A stretch of 64,000 nt of DNA from Lama glama (GCA_028534125.1 CM052817.1:107634001-107698000), one strand, 5' to 3'; shown: positions 1 through 12,712, numbered from the stretch's first letter. Numbers and translations: made by a program. Notes: generated by a model from the letters alone, not told the origin.

Positions 1-2504
1 TGGGAAATCACTGTACGTGGTTCTCAGAGAAAGGTTATAACGTGACTTTGTGCTGAGTGAGTGGTGTCAATCAAAATAATCCTTCCTCTCACCTTTAAAT
101 GCAATCTCCCTGGAGACTGGCAATTTTTTGTCCATTCAAGCATTAAAAGCTTTCTCTCACTCTGATTGGGGAATGACTTCCAGATGAGAGCTCTGAGACA
201 TCTCCTTAGACAAGCTGTTAAACCCGTACTCCGTCAAGTGTGTCTGAGCCCAGGAATGACTTGCATCTTTTGGAGGTAACAGATCTTCAGACTTAGAGAA
301 CAGGGGTAGGAGGCAGTGTGTTGGCCCCTCTCATCAAGCTGCAGGGATGTGAAGCTCTCCAGAGAGGAATTGGATTCTGTTGCCATGGCAACTGCTTCAC
401 TGCTCCAGGAGAAAACAGGACAGCAATTGAAGTCTGGGTTAATAGCAGCTCTAAAAATAACCGGTTATGTGTCGAAATCAAGTGAAAGACCCAGAAAGCA
501 TAGGTAAAAATTACAACCTCGCAGGGCGGGACTGAAAATAAGGTATTGTGCAGAGGTTGTTACAACTACAATATGCTTTAAAGATTACAGGAATGGTTGG
601 TGGCAAATATATTTTTGAGGGGAATCAATTATTATTTAATTTGCTCGTTCATTCGGGTGACTGTTGAGCCCTGATTGTGTCCCAGCCACGAGGCAGGACC
701 TGAAGATACAGGCGTGTATCAGCGCTGTCTGTCTTACCTCGTGGTTTTGTGGGGGTAGTAGAAAAAAGTCTACCCTGGTTTAATGGATGTTTTGTTTGTG
801 CACCGCATGCCATTCTGTTTCCCAGTTAGCAGCTGAGAGATTAAGGATTGGTATGGAATAGTCCCCAGCCCCAGGGACGATTTAGAAGCATTCACCGACG
901 GTTTTTGGTTCAGCCACGGGCAGGTAACCAAGGGGCGAACCGGTGTCACCTTCTTTTCTCTGCAGTGATTGGCTTCTGCCTGAAGCTCGGAAAACTCATT
1001 TGGTGCTTGTGAGATGCTTGTAGGTTTTTGGACCTAGACATGAAAGTCTGTTGCTTCAGGAAGCCACCCGGAGCTCAGGAGGAGAGCCAGCCTGAGGAGG
1101 AAGTCAGTGTGGACAAGGCCACACACTGGAGGATGACAGAGCAATGCCACCAGCGCGCCTGAGCTGCCCCGGACCTACTCCACCCTTGGCTGTTCCAGGT
1201 CTACTTGCTAGTATGGTTTCTTCTTGGGATGCCGGAACTGAGTCTGTAGGTTTTCTGCTGCTGGAAAACAACATCAAAAGCACCCAAGTGATTACAAATG
1301 ACATACCATGGGGTGAGTCAAAATTTGGAAATAAACAGAGGGAATGACGGATGGAGAGAGGAAGAATAAATCAGGGAGGGAGAGGAGGTTGCAACTAAGT
1401 CCATCTTGGAGAAAGGTGCAGGAAGGATCAAAAGCATCCTCACTCGTGATGCAGAGAATTCAGTGTTCTGTCGGCACAGCTCCTCACTGCCGGGCTCTCC
1501 AGGATTGCTGGAGAAATGGACCTCCCTCAACCCAGGCCCTGTGCCCAGGGGGACACTTCACCAACCTAAAGACATTGAGTCCAGGTGCCCGTGACTCACA
1601 CTGCCCTTTGGCAGCCCAGTGGCACATCAGTGCCCCGGATGCAGGTCGCCCTCCAAAGCCCTGTGGTGCTTCTGGGCTGTGGGTGAGGGAGGGGTGGCAG
1701 CACTCTGTGCTCTTCCCCGACCTCCGGCTCACAGCCCCTGGTGGACTGCATCCAGCCTCTGGCCCTTATCTCTGACCCCAACGGTGGATGCTGCTTCCTA
1801 CTCTTCCACAGAATTGCTTTGCGTGGTCCCAGCCCCAGAGTCGGCCAGCAGTGTGAGGGAAACCAGAACGCAGATTGGGGCACCCTCTCTGGGCTCCTCT
1901 CTCCTCAAACCCCAGCTCCTTTGGCATCCCTGACTCCACATCTGTCTCAGCCTGGGGGGCTGCTGCCACCTTCTTGGGCTCCTGTCTCCCCGGGCACAAT
2001 TCAGAAGATGCCCACAGGAGAATTCCGACGTGTCTGTGGGGTGCCCCTGGTGTGCTTCCCTTTCTTAAGGATTCCAGCTGCTCCGTGATACTTGGGCTGG
2101 CTCTCCAAGGCCTTCAAAAGATGGCTTCCAGGTTGTTCTAACTTTTAAAGTTATTTTTGGTGGAAGATGTCATTTAATGTAAGCTACACTGTTGGATCTG
2201 GGGCTCAAAACTGCTGAATTTTATCGCTGAATTTTAACTTCAACAATGTCTTATTATCCTTTCTAAATTTTACTTTAAAATTTCTGTTCAATATGTGCTT
2301 AATCATTTTTAATCCCTTCTCACACTCACTTTGTTGTCTTTTGAACATTATAGATATAGTAGACAGTAATTTGATATCTGGATTCTAATTCTAAAATTTC
2401 TCTGTCTCTTTTTCTTTTTTTCTTTTTAATATTGGTGATTTCTTATATTCACCTCATATAAACTGATATCCATTTGTAGAAAATTTAAATTTGAAAATTG
2501 TTTC

Positions 2505-2699
2505 TTTTTTTAAATTGAAGTATAGTTGATTTCCAATGCTGTGTTAGTTTCAAGTGTTCAAAAAAGTGAATCATTTATACATATATATGTGTGTGTGTAT
2601 ATATATATTTTTTTTCAGATTCTTTTCCATTATAGGTTATTACAAGATACTGAATACAGTTTTCTGTATTATACAATACAGAGAGCCTTTGTTGTTTAT
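2505..2699 (-). mobile_element. L1 3'-end fragment
   Basis: tttttaaattgaagtatagttgattt...cattataggttattacaagata, the same motif as the other L1 3' ends in the window. Confidence 0.85.
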
Positions 2700-2786
2700 C
2701 TTTTTTTTTTTAATGAAGATACTGGGGATTGAACCCAGATCTCATGCTTGCTAAGCGTGTGCTCTATCACTGAGCTACACCCCCAA
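2700..2786 (-). mobile_element. tRNA-Ala-derived camelid SINE (Vic-1-like)
   Basis: Reverse complement gives GGGGGTGTAGCTCAGTGATAGAGCAC...GGGTTCAATCCCCAG (A and B boxes) plus an A tail. Confidence 0.85.
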
Positions 2787-2859
2787 GTTTGTTTTCTAAA
2801 TCTGTGAGTCTCGCCTCATAATGGCTACCATAGCTTAATGTTAAATTCTCTTTAAAAAG

Positions 2860-2998
2860 ATTTTTTTTTAATTTTTAAATTTTTTCAGGGGGGAGACGTA
2901 ATTAGATTTATTTGTTTGTTTTTAGTGGAGATACTGGGGATTGAACCCGGGACCTCATGCATGCTAAGCAAGTACTCTACCACTGAGCTACACTCCTC
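2860..2998 (-). mobile_element. tRNA-Ala-derived camelid SINE (Vic-1-like)
   Basis: ggggattgaacccgggacctcatgcatgctaagc...ctctaccactgagcta with an AT-rich tail. Confidence 0.88.
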
Positions 2999-3394
2999 AA
3001 ATCTGTTTTCCAAATCTGTGAGTCTGGCCTCATGGTGGCTACCATAGCCCAATTTTAAATATCAAAGACAAAAATGTCCAAAGATTTGAATCCGAAGTAG
3101 CAAGCAGAATGTACCCCTGATTATCTTTTTTTTAAGTTTATGGGTTCATTTCAAAGAATATTAATGAATAACCCCTGATTATCTTTTAAGCCCTCTGTTA
3201 AGTATAGAAGAAGAAGGTGAAGCAGATTCTGGACGGTTTGCTATAGGTGTGAGTCAGTAAGACTATTTTCAGGCTATTTCTTGACCCCGAAATCAAGCGT
3301 CCATGGATGTTTTATCCACCAGTGGTTTCTTATAGTCTCTGTAGAGAATGCCCAGCCATCGGCAACATCTTTGCGAGAACAAGAGCAAGTCTAG

Positions 3395-3530
3395 GAACCA
3401 TCACTTCCTGCTGGGTATCAGGCACCGTGCTGAGTGCTTTACACGCACACGGTGTGTAATTCCTCCAACAGCCCTTGAACTAGATGTAACAATCTCAAGT
3501 TTTCAGATGAGGAAACCGAGCAAAATGAAA
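3395..3530 (-). mobile_element. MIR fragment
   Basis: caggcaccgtgctgagtgctttac...tttcagatgaggaaaccgag, the MIR core. Confidence 0.7.
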
Positions 3531-3537
3531 TTTCTTG

Positions 3538-3898
3538 GTGTGTTAGTTCTGGCTGCTGTAACAAATTACCATAGATGGGGTGGTTAAAACAACAGAAAAT
3601 TGTTTCTCACAGTCCCAGAGGTGGGGGGTCTTGAGATCAGTGGGCCAGCGTGGCCGGGCTCTGGTTAAGAGCCCTCCCAGCGGTTTGGGGACGACTGCCT
3701 TCGTGCTGAGTCCGCAAAGGACACAGGGCAGAGAGACAGGAAGCACACCCTCTGCCTCTTCTTACAAGGGTGCTAATCCCACCACGAGGGCTTTACTTCG
3801 TGGTCTCATCACCTCTGAAGGTCTCATCTCCAAGACGCCATCACGTTGGCCATCAGCGTTTCAACGTGAGTTTTGAGGGACACATTCCATCTGTAACA
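3538..3898 (-). mobile_element. MaLR solo LTR (MLT1-like)
   Basis: ggctgctgtaacaaattaccata...aaacaacagaaa...tctcacagt...ttttgagggacacatt. Confidence 0.8.
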
Positions 3899-4135
3899 CT
3901 TGCCACGAGCACTTAGCTGAGACAAGAATAGTTTGTTTACAGATTCCTCAGCTCAGCTGAATTTAAACGCAGGTGTATTGTCATTAGCTGTATTGTCTGG
4001 TTATTTCTAGAGTTTTATAATTAGTTGCAAAGATAAAGCAAGGAGAGTTGCCTTTGAGATGGTGATGACCTCAAAATTATCTTCATTCCCCAAAGAACCT
4101 CAGAGTAATGTGCTTTCTTAACCAAAGCGTTGGTT

Positions 4136-4235
4136 NNNNNNNNNNNNNNNNNNNNNNNNNNNNNNNNNNNNNNNNNNNNNNNNNNNNNNNNNNNNNNNNN
4201 NNNNNNNNNNNNNNNNNNNNNNNNNNNNNNNNNNN
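4136..4235. other. Assembly gap (100 N)
   Basis: N run with tggtt on both sides. Confidence 0.99.
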
Positions 4236-4623
4236 TGGTTTCTTTCTGCCATTTGCCTTAGACAGTCCCTCCACACCCAGCCACGAGGGGTCCTGGTTTT
4301 CATTTTGTGGATTGTGAATTGTAGTCTCTCTCAAATACTTTCTTTTGCCAGTATTTCCACACCATGACCCTGCTTTGAGAAAGGGGCTGGAATGCATAGG
4401 GCTGGGTAGGTGAGGGTGGCTGATACTCACATTCCGTCTGTTCTAATCCGGTGGATGAAATGTCCAGGAGGAAACAGATCACTCGTAAAGAGGGAAAAGG
4501 TGCAGGGCGCCCTTACCTGATGTTGCTCTGAGTCTTCACACAACTTTTCACTCTATCTTTCCTGTTTGGGCATTTTCCCCTCTTCTTCCTTGCCTGCCCT
4601 ATTCTTTTTGGCTCCTCCCACCA

Positions 4624-5262
4624 GGGCAGTGGTCCTCAGCCAATCAGCATGCACCAGATTACCTGGAGGGCTTGTTACCCTTGTGAACGAAAAATACTGC
4701 AAGCCACATCAGTAAACAAAGAATACTGAAGCCATCAAGTCATCAGCGGCTGCTGCCACCCCCCAGTGAGGACAGGCCTGCAGCCCGGCCGCTGCAGCCA
4801 CTCACAGTGGTGCCCTCTGAGGGGACTCAGAATAAGAAAGGACGAGACACTGGCCCTAGATGGCTAGGTGCTTGTCAAAGGGATGAATTCAGCGAGCCCA
4901 AATGTTTGCTCCCTCCCATACCCAGAAAAGCGCTACATTCTTTAACTTGAGATGTCTGATCTTCACTTAACAAGTAATTTTGTAGTGTTCTGACTGCTTA
5001 GTCTTTGTTGTAAAGCTCCTATAGATCCTAGCTCCTGCCCTACTCCTGGAACAGCCCCTCAGAGCGATCTGAGAGGCTGTCATCCCAGGCTGAGTCCTCA
5101 GAAATGTCCACTGAATGAACATAACTCTCAACTTTTAGGCTGTGCATTTATTTCAGTCGACGCCCTGCAGATTGATTCAGTGGGTCGGGGGTGAGGCTTA
5201 AGGACTGCAGTTCTCATAAATTCCCAGGTAATGTCGATGCCCCTGGTCCAGGGCCAGTGCTT
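4624..5262. mobile_element. MER5A-like hAT fossil split by an LTR
   Basis: cagtggtcctca...acctggagggcttgtta on the left and gattcagtgggtcggggg...ttcccaggtaatgtcgatgc...ggtccagggcca on the right. Confidence 0.65.
4682..5162 (+). mobile_element. ERV1-class solo LTR
   Basis: Starts TGTGAA and ends ...aacttttaggctgtgcatttatttcagtcgaCG (decayed CA). 4-bp TSD CCCT at 4678-4681 and 5163-5166. Confidence 0.8.
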
Positions 5263-6036
5263 TATCATCTTAATATTTTCCTTCATTCACTCATGGATTC
5301 CTTCGTTCTACAATGATTGAGCCATCACTGAGCTGGGCAGCACCTGAGACCCTGCGTGACCCCCACTGCCCACAGAACCCAGCTTTGGGAACTGGCATTT
5401 AGTGGGTCTTTAATAAATGTTAGGTTATTGTACAACCTACATTTCCCCAGATCTCAACAGACAGCGAGTACCTAGCTCTCCTTAATGGGACTGACTCAAA
5501 CTGTACTGATGCTCACTCTCTTCTGCAGAAAGCAAGACCTCCGGCAGCTCTCGAAAAGCACTCACACGTGTCCCAGGGAGGCCTGGGCTTGTCACGCGTG
5601 TGCGAAGAACCCAGTCAGATCTGGTTACCGCACGCCCGTCTCTCTCCTGGCTGTTTTCTGTCCATGCAGCTACTGAAGGGCGACCCGCTGCCCTGCCTGG
5701 GCTGCTGCTGCCTTCTCCAGGGTCCACGCCAGGACCCCAGTGTCCCCGCAGCTGTCAGTGTCTGCAAGTGAGGGAGGATGGGCTGCCCCTCAACCTTGCA
5801 TCCCATTTCCTTGCCTGGAAACCAGTGTGTGCTGCTGGTGCCTCAGTGTCTCAGAAAAATACATGAAAGCACCTCTATCAGGGTTTGTCTGTGGTTCTCT
5901 CCTGGGGCTTGAATCTGTCAGGTGGGATACATGACACTAATGCATCCTGTCTTTTCTAATCGTTTCTCTGTCAATTCATAAAACATGCATGTGTGGTTTC
6001 CACACCCTTGTTGCTCAAACACGGCCTCTGTACCCT

Positions 6037-6300
6037 GTTTACCAAATTGAGACTTGAGGACAGAGTTGTGGACAAAGTAGAAAAGGCAGCTTAATTTCTT
6101 TGCAGGCAAAGAAGGTCACAGTGGGCTAATGCCTCTAAGACTTGAGCCTGCTGGGGAGAGAAGGCAGTAAAAGTTCAAGGGTTCAGGGGGCGGAGCTGGT
6201 TTCCATAGAGATCAAACACAGGGTAACAGATTTTTGCAAAGTTGTCCTTGGTTTTGCAGATGCAGTTACTCTCTTCCCTCTGCTGGGTATGAAGCTCACC
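6037..6300 (-). mobile_element. Probable ERV LTR fragment
   Basis: tgtttacc...gacagagttgtggacaaagtagaaaagg...ggcaaagaaggtcacagtgggctaatgcctc resembles a reversed LTR U5/R region. Boundaries uncertain. Confidence 0.5.
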
Positions 6301-9003
6301 TCTGGCTCTGGGACTCTCTCAGTGTTCTTGTACCCAGAACAAAGGATGCATAGGAAGGGGCTCCATGCAAAAGAGCTCTAGAGAGAAACTTGTGCAGTTT
6401 AAAGTCAAATTGATAAATGCTTTTAGCCTTTATAGCAGGCTGAGGCCTGGGACCTTCTGTTGCAGGCCGAGGGCTGCAGCTCAAACAATAGGATACAAGG
6501 AAACCACAAGGGGTCAAGAGGAGGGCACCGGAGGCAGGAGCAGGGCACCGAGCACGACCCCTGCACACAGGGGGTTGGGCAGACCACCCAAGCCTCCCTC
6601 CTCTCCAGCCCAACCCTGGTCAGAAAGAGCATGAGAAAAGCCTTGAAACCATGATGCAATCAGGCAGCTGCAAACACCGTCGCAGATACCAGACGGTCAC
6701 CGACGACAACAGGGTCTTGCCCGGTCACAGCCCACAGCTTGTCAGCTATGCCACACGTGTCAGAAGCACAGTGGGGGACACAGCTGAGTCTCAAGACAAC
6801 CAGATAAGAATTACAAAAAGGACCCCAGATTTCCGTCTACCTTCTTCTGTAATTTCAGGTGTTTAATTGTAGCTCCAGTACCTTCCTAATGTGCTAAACT
6901 TGGTCTAGGAAGGCCGGGGGCCTTTCTTCCTTTAAATGTACTCTGCCTGCTGCTTACTCTTTCACACTGAGTCGCGTTAGGGGAGGAGAGAGGAGACTGT
7001 GGCTCTGTGCTCAGCTTCCTGCAAGGAGACTAGGGATTCAGACGTGGATGGAAAATCACTGCTGCTTGGGGAGTGCTCTCCAAAGCCAAGGATGCCCCGG
7101 GGCCAGTGCGTCTGTCCTGCCTTCTGTGCGTGTGGCGGGGGAGTGGCGCGGGAGGCCGAGAGTTCAGCACCCACGGCTGGACAGAGAAGCCTGGTTGTCT
7201 GGACGGGCCGGGGGCTCCGAGGAGGAACTCAGGCTGCCTCTGACTCACCTACTTCTTCAGTTACTCCACGATGACTCTGGGTGCCCTTGGGTTTTAGAAC
7301 TAGGAAACAAATGCTGATTTTTATAACATGCATAGATCGTCTAGCCACCCAGGAGCGAAACGAGGACCATACCAGTATCTGTTCTTCCCGACGGACGTCA
7401 CGTTGGCTGCCGCACGTTCCATCGCTTTCCCGGGCAGCGCTCCGGCCGCGCGAACACTGCTCAGCTTCTGGTCATGTGGCAGAAACATCCTACCACAAAC
7501 ACAACGTTAAATAAAAGGAACAAAGATTCCCAGGGAGATGGGGCTCCAGGGAAGATTGCAGGAGATTTCTACGCTGGGAAAAGGCAGGGAGACTCATGTC
7601 ACTCTTCAGCAGGTGTGACAGCAGACAGAGGGAGGACCTAATGCAATGAGATGCGGGCAGTTCGTCCCCTGGAAACAGGCCTGTTGGACACTCTCTCGGT
7701 CACCCGTGAGCCGGCGCTGTGGGTCTCAGCATCCCTCCGTAGAGTTGTAAGGCTAGCTCTGAGGAGACACGGAGTTTTCTCTGGAAGTGCTTCTCCTACG
7801 GAAAGCAGATGTGGTGGCCCTGGGAAAAGTGTAGGTCAACGGGAAAAATGTCTTTAAGGAGCAAGTCATCAGGTGCCAGATGCAGGTGCACATATTTCTA
7901 TAAAACGTAACACAATAGCTGCAATTTCTTTTTATGGTTTTAAAGACAGGTATGATGTAGAGCGCTGTTTAAGGAATGGTCAACGTCTTGGTGCCAGTTA
8001 AACATCTCTGTAAGAAAATTTCCAAGATGACAGGGCTAAGAGTTTTTCAGTGACACGCCAGGCTAGCTGGCTGCTGCCCAGGCCTGGTGTGAGAGTGGGT
8101 GGCGGGAGGATTAGCTGATTCCACGTGACAAGCAGGACAGAAGTCATACCCAAGGACTGAGGCTAAGCCAGGATTAGAGGTCTAGAGGGGCTCTGGGTCC
8201 TAGAGGTCAGGAGGGCGGTGGGCAAGGGTTAGGGACCCAGCGGGCAGGTCTGATCAGCACAGAGTGGAGACAAAGCATCCATCTGTAGATCTGCAATCTG
8301 TAACAAGCCTAAGCCAACCACAGCAAGGAGGAGCTTACAACTTAGCTTTGCAGGGGCCGGAGGCCTTACCTATGCCTCCGAGGGGCGGGCCTGAGGCCGC
8401 AGCTGCAGGGAGCAGTACCCCTGCCACGGTGGACACTTGGGGAAAGGAGACTGTTCTGAGGTGGGAAACTTGGAGCCCTCCCCACCGTCGGATCTGGTCC
8501 TGGAGTGCTCCCAGGTTGAAAGAGAAGCATCTTTCCCACACTCGGATCTCACCGCTGGAAGCCTGGAAGGATTTAAAAATTATTTCCCTGCCAGGAAAAC
8601 CTATGACTTATCACTTGCCTGCAGAAAGGTGTTAATTTGCTCCTGAAACCAGCCCCTTAACTTTTAGAAGAGCGCATCATAACCCTGCATGTTAGACGTT
8701 TTTCGAACAATGGATTGGGGGTTCCACCTCACACCCATTACATGGGAATCTCCGGGGAGCCAGCTGGGACCTAGGCATCTATCTGCTTCTGAAAGTTTCA
8801 GCGATTTCATTGTTCTTTAACCTCTTCACTGAATTTTTAAATGATGAAAGTATGAGCTCTTCACTGCAAGTAAAAAAGATGGAAAAAATGATTATTTTTC
8901 CACTGTCTTTCTAGAAGGGATTTAGCGTATGTCTACATGCTATAAAGAATATTCTTGTTTACCCACCACCTCTTTCAGTTTTATTAAAGGATAAGAGATA
9001 GCC

Positions 9004-9021
9004 ATATATATATATATATAG

Positions 9022-9054
<33 letters not shown>
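9004..9054. repeat. (TA)n(GA)n compound microsatellite
   Basis: Directly visible. Confidence 0.95.
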
Positions 9055-9058
<4 letters not shown>

Positions 9059-9957
9059 TGCACCAATCATAAATGGACAGCCAATGAACTATCCCCAAAT
9101 AAATACCATCTGGGTCAAGAGCATCACCACCAGCCCCAGACCCTGCCCATGTTTCTTCTCCACCATCACCTCCATAATTGTATCAAAATTCTCAGGTTAT
9201 TCTAATGGTCCAGACCATTATGGTCTATTCTTCAATTTGTTTTCCCCAAAGATTTTTTTTTTAGTGGAGAGAAAATATGTTAGGTATGAGGATTAGTGTA
9301 TCAGTCACTCGGAGTTAATAATAGCTGTAACGATAACAAATGCTTTGAATGTTTTACGTGTACTCACACGGCAGAGCTGAAACTTCTATTGTGGCAACAG
9401 ATTTTCGAACCATTAGTCATGCAAGGAATTTAGCCTGATTTTTCCAAAACTAAATGAAATTTTTCTCTTGAGTCTCATGATACCTTTCTAGTCAGTTTCA
9501 GCAGAGACCACGAGCAACATGTGGTCCTGTTGCCAAACGCGCCCAGGGAAGGAGGCTGCAGTGCTGGGGAGCCTAAGGTTGCTGGGGTGAAGGGTGAGGA
9601 CCATGTCCGTTGGACCTCTTGTGGACGATACATCCAGGCCCGAGTGAGGAAGCCAGCCTTCTGGTCATCTTAAATACTTCCCAAGAGAACAGCCTGAAGA
9701 AATGAGGCGGTCTCCGTGGAACAGTGGGCTGCCGGATTCCAAGGCACCAGCAGCCAGCCAAGGAGACAGCGATCTTCAACATGATGGCTAAATGCCTCCA
9801 AAGGTCAGCTTTATACACCTGCTGCACCCTGAGAGCCGGTATGCCCGTTCACAACAATGACAGTGGAGTAGCAGGAACATTTCTGCTGATCCCACCCCTC
9901 CCTCCCCACCACCCTGTGACTCCAAAAGAGCTGGAGCCAAACTTAAAGTGGAGTGAC

Positions 9958-10445
9958 TGTAACAGGGAAGTATAAGTCTGACTCCACGTTGGATCCATTT
10001 CTTTCACTTTGATCTTTGTATCTATTGCTTTTGCTTCCAGTTCATCACTTAAGGGATGTAGCCTATAAGCTTAAATTATACATAATGGTGCATCTCTGGG
10101 AAGCCTGTCTCCTAGATAATGAGCATTAAGCTAAAATATCTTTGTTTTTAGCTCACAGGAAACATCTGACCAGGCCCACTTGGGAATGGATGCAGGAAGG
10201 GAGAAATTAACACGGCCCCTCTGGAGGCTGACTGGAGCCAGGAAATATTTGACTTTACTCCCTCCCCTTTGAGTATAAAGGAAGCCCCAATTCTAACTCA
10301 GGGAAGATGGTTCTTTGGGACACTAGTCCACCATCTTCTCGACCTGCGGCTTTCTGAATAAAATCATTATTCCTTGTCCCAACACCTCATCCCTTGATTT
10401 ACTGACCTTTGTGCAGTGAGCAGTACATGCTTGGGCTCAGTGATG
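9958..10445 (+). mobile_element. ERV1-class solo LTR
   Basis: Starts TGTAACAGGGAAG...tctgactccacgttggatc, with internal TATAAA (~10275) and AATAAA (~10357), and a U5-like end gagcagtac...cttgggctcagt. Confidence 0.78.
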
Positions 10446-10854
10446 TGAGTGGGTGGGTGGATGAGGAATAAAGCCCTAGACAGAAGAAATAATCCTAGAT
10501 GGATTTCCTCTCCCCTTTTTCAGTAGCTTTCGGCCATACTTTTTGAGGGACAGCTAGCTTCCAGACAGGGGAAATGCTTTAAATTTAAAAGAAATTTGAA
10601 AATCTTGACCATTATGTAGAATCCAACTTTTGATTAGGTGTGTGTCTTTGACAAAAAGGACCAGAGAAATCTTTAAAAATCTCAATACGACTAGGGAAGT
10701 CCTGCTTGAGTTTTTATCCAAAGGAGTTGAAAAGAGCTACTAGGTCCACAGAGCAGTGGGGAGAATGATTAAAACTGGTTTCTGATTATATCTGCTGAGC
10801 ATGGTTTCTGCATTGTATTTGTAATATCAATATACTAGCAACACCAATAATTAT

Positions 10855-11395
10855 ATTTTTTAAACTGAAGTGTAGTTGATTTACAATGTTGTTGGTCTCT
10901 TTTTTTTTTCTTATTTTTATTGTTTTTTTTTTATTCATTTATTTGATTACTTTATTTATTTATTTTATTCAGTCAGTTACAATGTGTCAGTTTCTGGTGT
11001 ACAGCACGGTGTCCCAGTCATCCATATACATACTCTGGTGTACAGCATAGTGATTCAGTTACATGTATATTCATTTTCATATTCTTTTCCAGTATAGGTT
11101 ATTACAAGATATTGAATAAAATTCCCTGTGCTATACAGTGGGGCCTTGCCGTTTACCTATTTTATGTAGTAGTAGCTTGTATCTGCTAGTCCCAAACTCT
11201 CAATTTATCCTTCCCCTCTCCCTCTCCCCTTCGTAACCATAAATTTTTCTCCATGGCTGTGAGTCTCTTTCTCTTTTGTAAATAAGTTCATTGGTCTCAT
11301 TTCTTACATTGTACATATAAGTGATATCATATGATATTCGTTTTTCTCCATCTAATTACTTCACTTAGTATGATAATCTCTGGGTCCTTTCATAT
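10855..11395 (-). mobile_element. L1 3' fragment with a second short L1 3' end nested near 10900-11035
   Basis: Typical L1 3'UTR reverse complement. The ttacaatgt...ctggtgtacagca motif occurs twice. Confidence 0.82.
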
Positions 11396-12604
11396 TTCAA
11401 CAATAAGTCAATGAACTGGTTCCTAACTCTACCAGACAGCATCCCCTTGGTGCAATGGTGACTCCCTGTCAAGAAGTATGTGCTGGGACAAGGGCCTCCC
11501 AGAAGTTCAATACGGTGTCAGGGACAAAAACACTCCAAATTTTCATCCTATCACCATTGTCTCACTCAGGCGTCCCAAGAAACCCACGAGGTAAGTGCGA
11601 CCATCATTCGTCTCTTCGACAAAGGAAATGAGGCTAGAGAGGAGGTGGGTTTCCTGTGCCTGCAGGAAGGACCAGAGCCAGGAAGCGAGAGGGTGGGACT
11701 CCAAGCCATGCCTCACCTTCTGAAGCCCTTTCCCTAAGTATTACCCTCTTCAGCCTCCGCTAATCCCTCTTGTGGCTGGAAGGGAGGTGATATATTGGCC
11801 TTTTAATAAAAAGACATTTTGCTGGGGGGAGAGGTGCAGTCAACAGATGTACCAACTTGACAGCTCTTATCTACTTCCTAAGCATTTCTTCACCAAACAA
11901 ACAAACAAACAAACAAACAAAAAACTGCTTTAGAAACAGCTGGTGGAAGCTTCTGTTTAGTATAACCCAGTCTCTGTCAAAGACAATTTTAATTTTTAGA
12001 GTCAGGTCAGTTATTCTTCGGAAGATATGTAAACAACAAGATAGTTTGAAAAACCAGCCTTGAGACAGTTTCCTTTGCAGAAGTTAATATTCACTAGCTA
12101 GAAAATAATTCTGTGCTTAGAGAAGGGTTCCTTAAGAGTACTGGAACACCAAGGAAATTGACTGGATGCTTAACTTCTCATGAAGTTTAACCAAAATCGA
12201 CAAGTACTTCCAGGCCTGTGTCAATATTGAAATTGTTTCTTCTTCCTCCACGTGGCAGAACTTGTCAAGAGGGAGAAAGGTCTGCGTTTAAGAGTGCTAA
12301 AGTAACAGTTCTGTTACAATATTTGGTATTTTACACTTGGAAATTTATTCATTCTTTCCCTCTATATTCCAATACCTTGACCCTTTTTTGCATCGTAAAA
12401 AGGCAAACTTGTTAGAATTGCACACCACACCCCAATCCCTTACCTGCCCCCCACCCCCATAGCACAACCTTCCTTTCCGGTGGGAAAACCTTTCCTGTCC
12501 CCGTCCTGCCCTGCCGTCCAGATTCTATTTGCTGTAGAAGGAAAATCTAAGTGAGACCAGAGGTTATCAACTCTGCCTCTGTGCCAGGACACACAAACCA
12601 CCTA

Positions 12605-12712
12605 AACCAATCACTAACCTTTTTTTTTTTTTAAAAAAAAAAAAACCCTCCAATCAGAGAGGATCCACAACTTCTTGGGAACTGCTGCACCTGGCAGAGG
12701 CAACACTATAAA
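12605..12712 (+). promoter_or_regulatory. Probable GASK1B core promoter: two CCAAT boxes and a TATA box
   Basis: aaCCAATca at 12607, ctCCAATcag at 12650 and TATAAA at 12707-12712. A consensus donor AAG|GTGAGT follows about 155 nt after the TATA box. Confidence 0.65.

Noticed and set aside
4131..4240. tggtt direct repeat around the 100-N gap as a TSD
   Set aside because: More likely a contig-end overlap around a placeholder gap.
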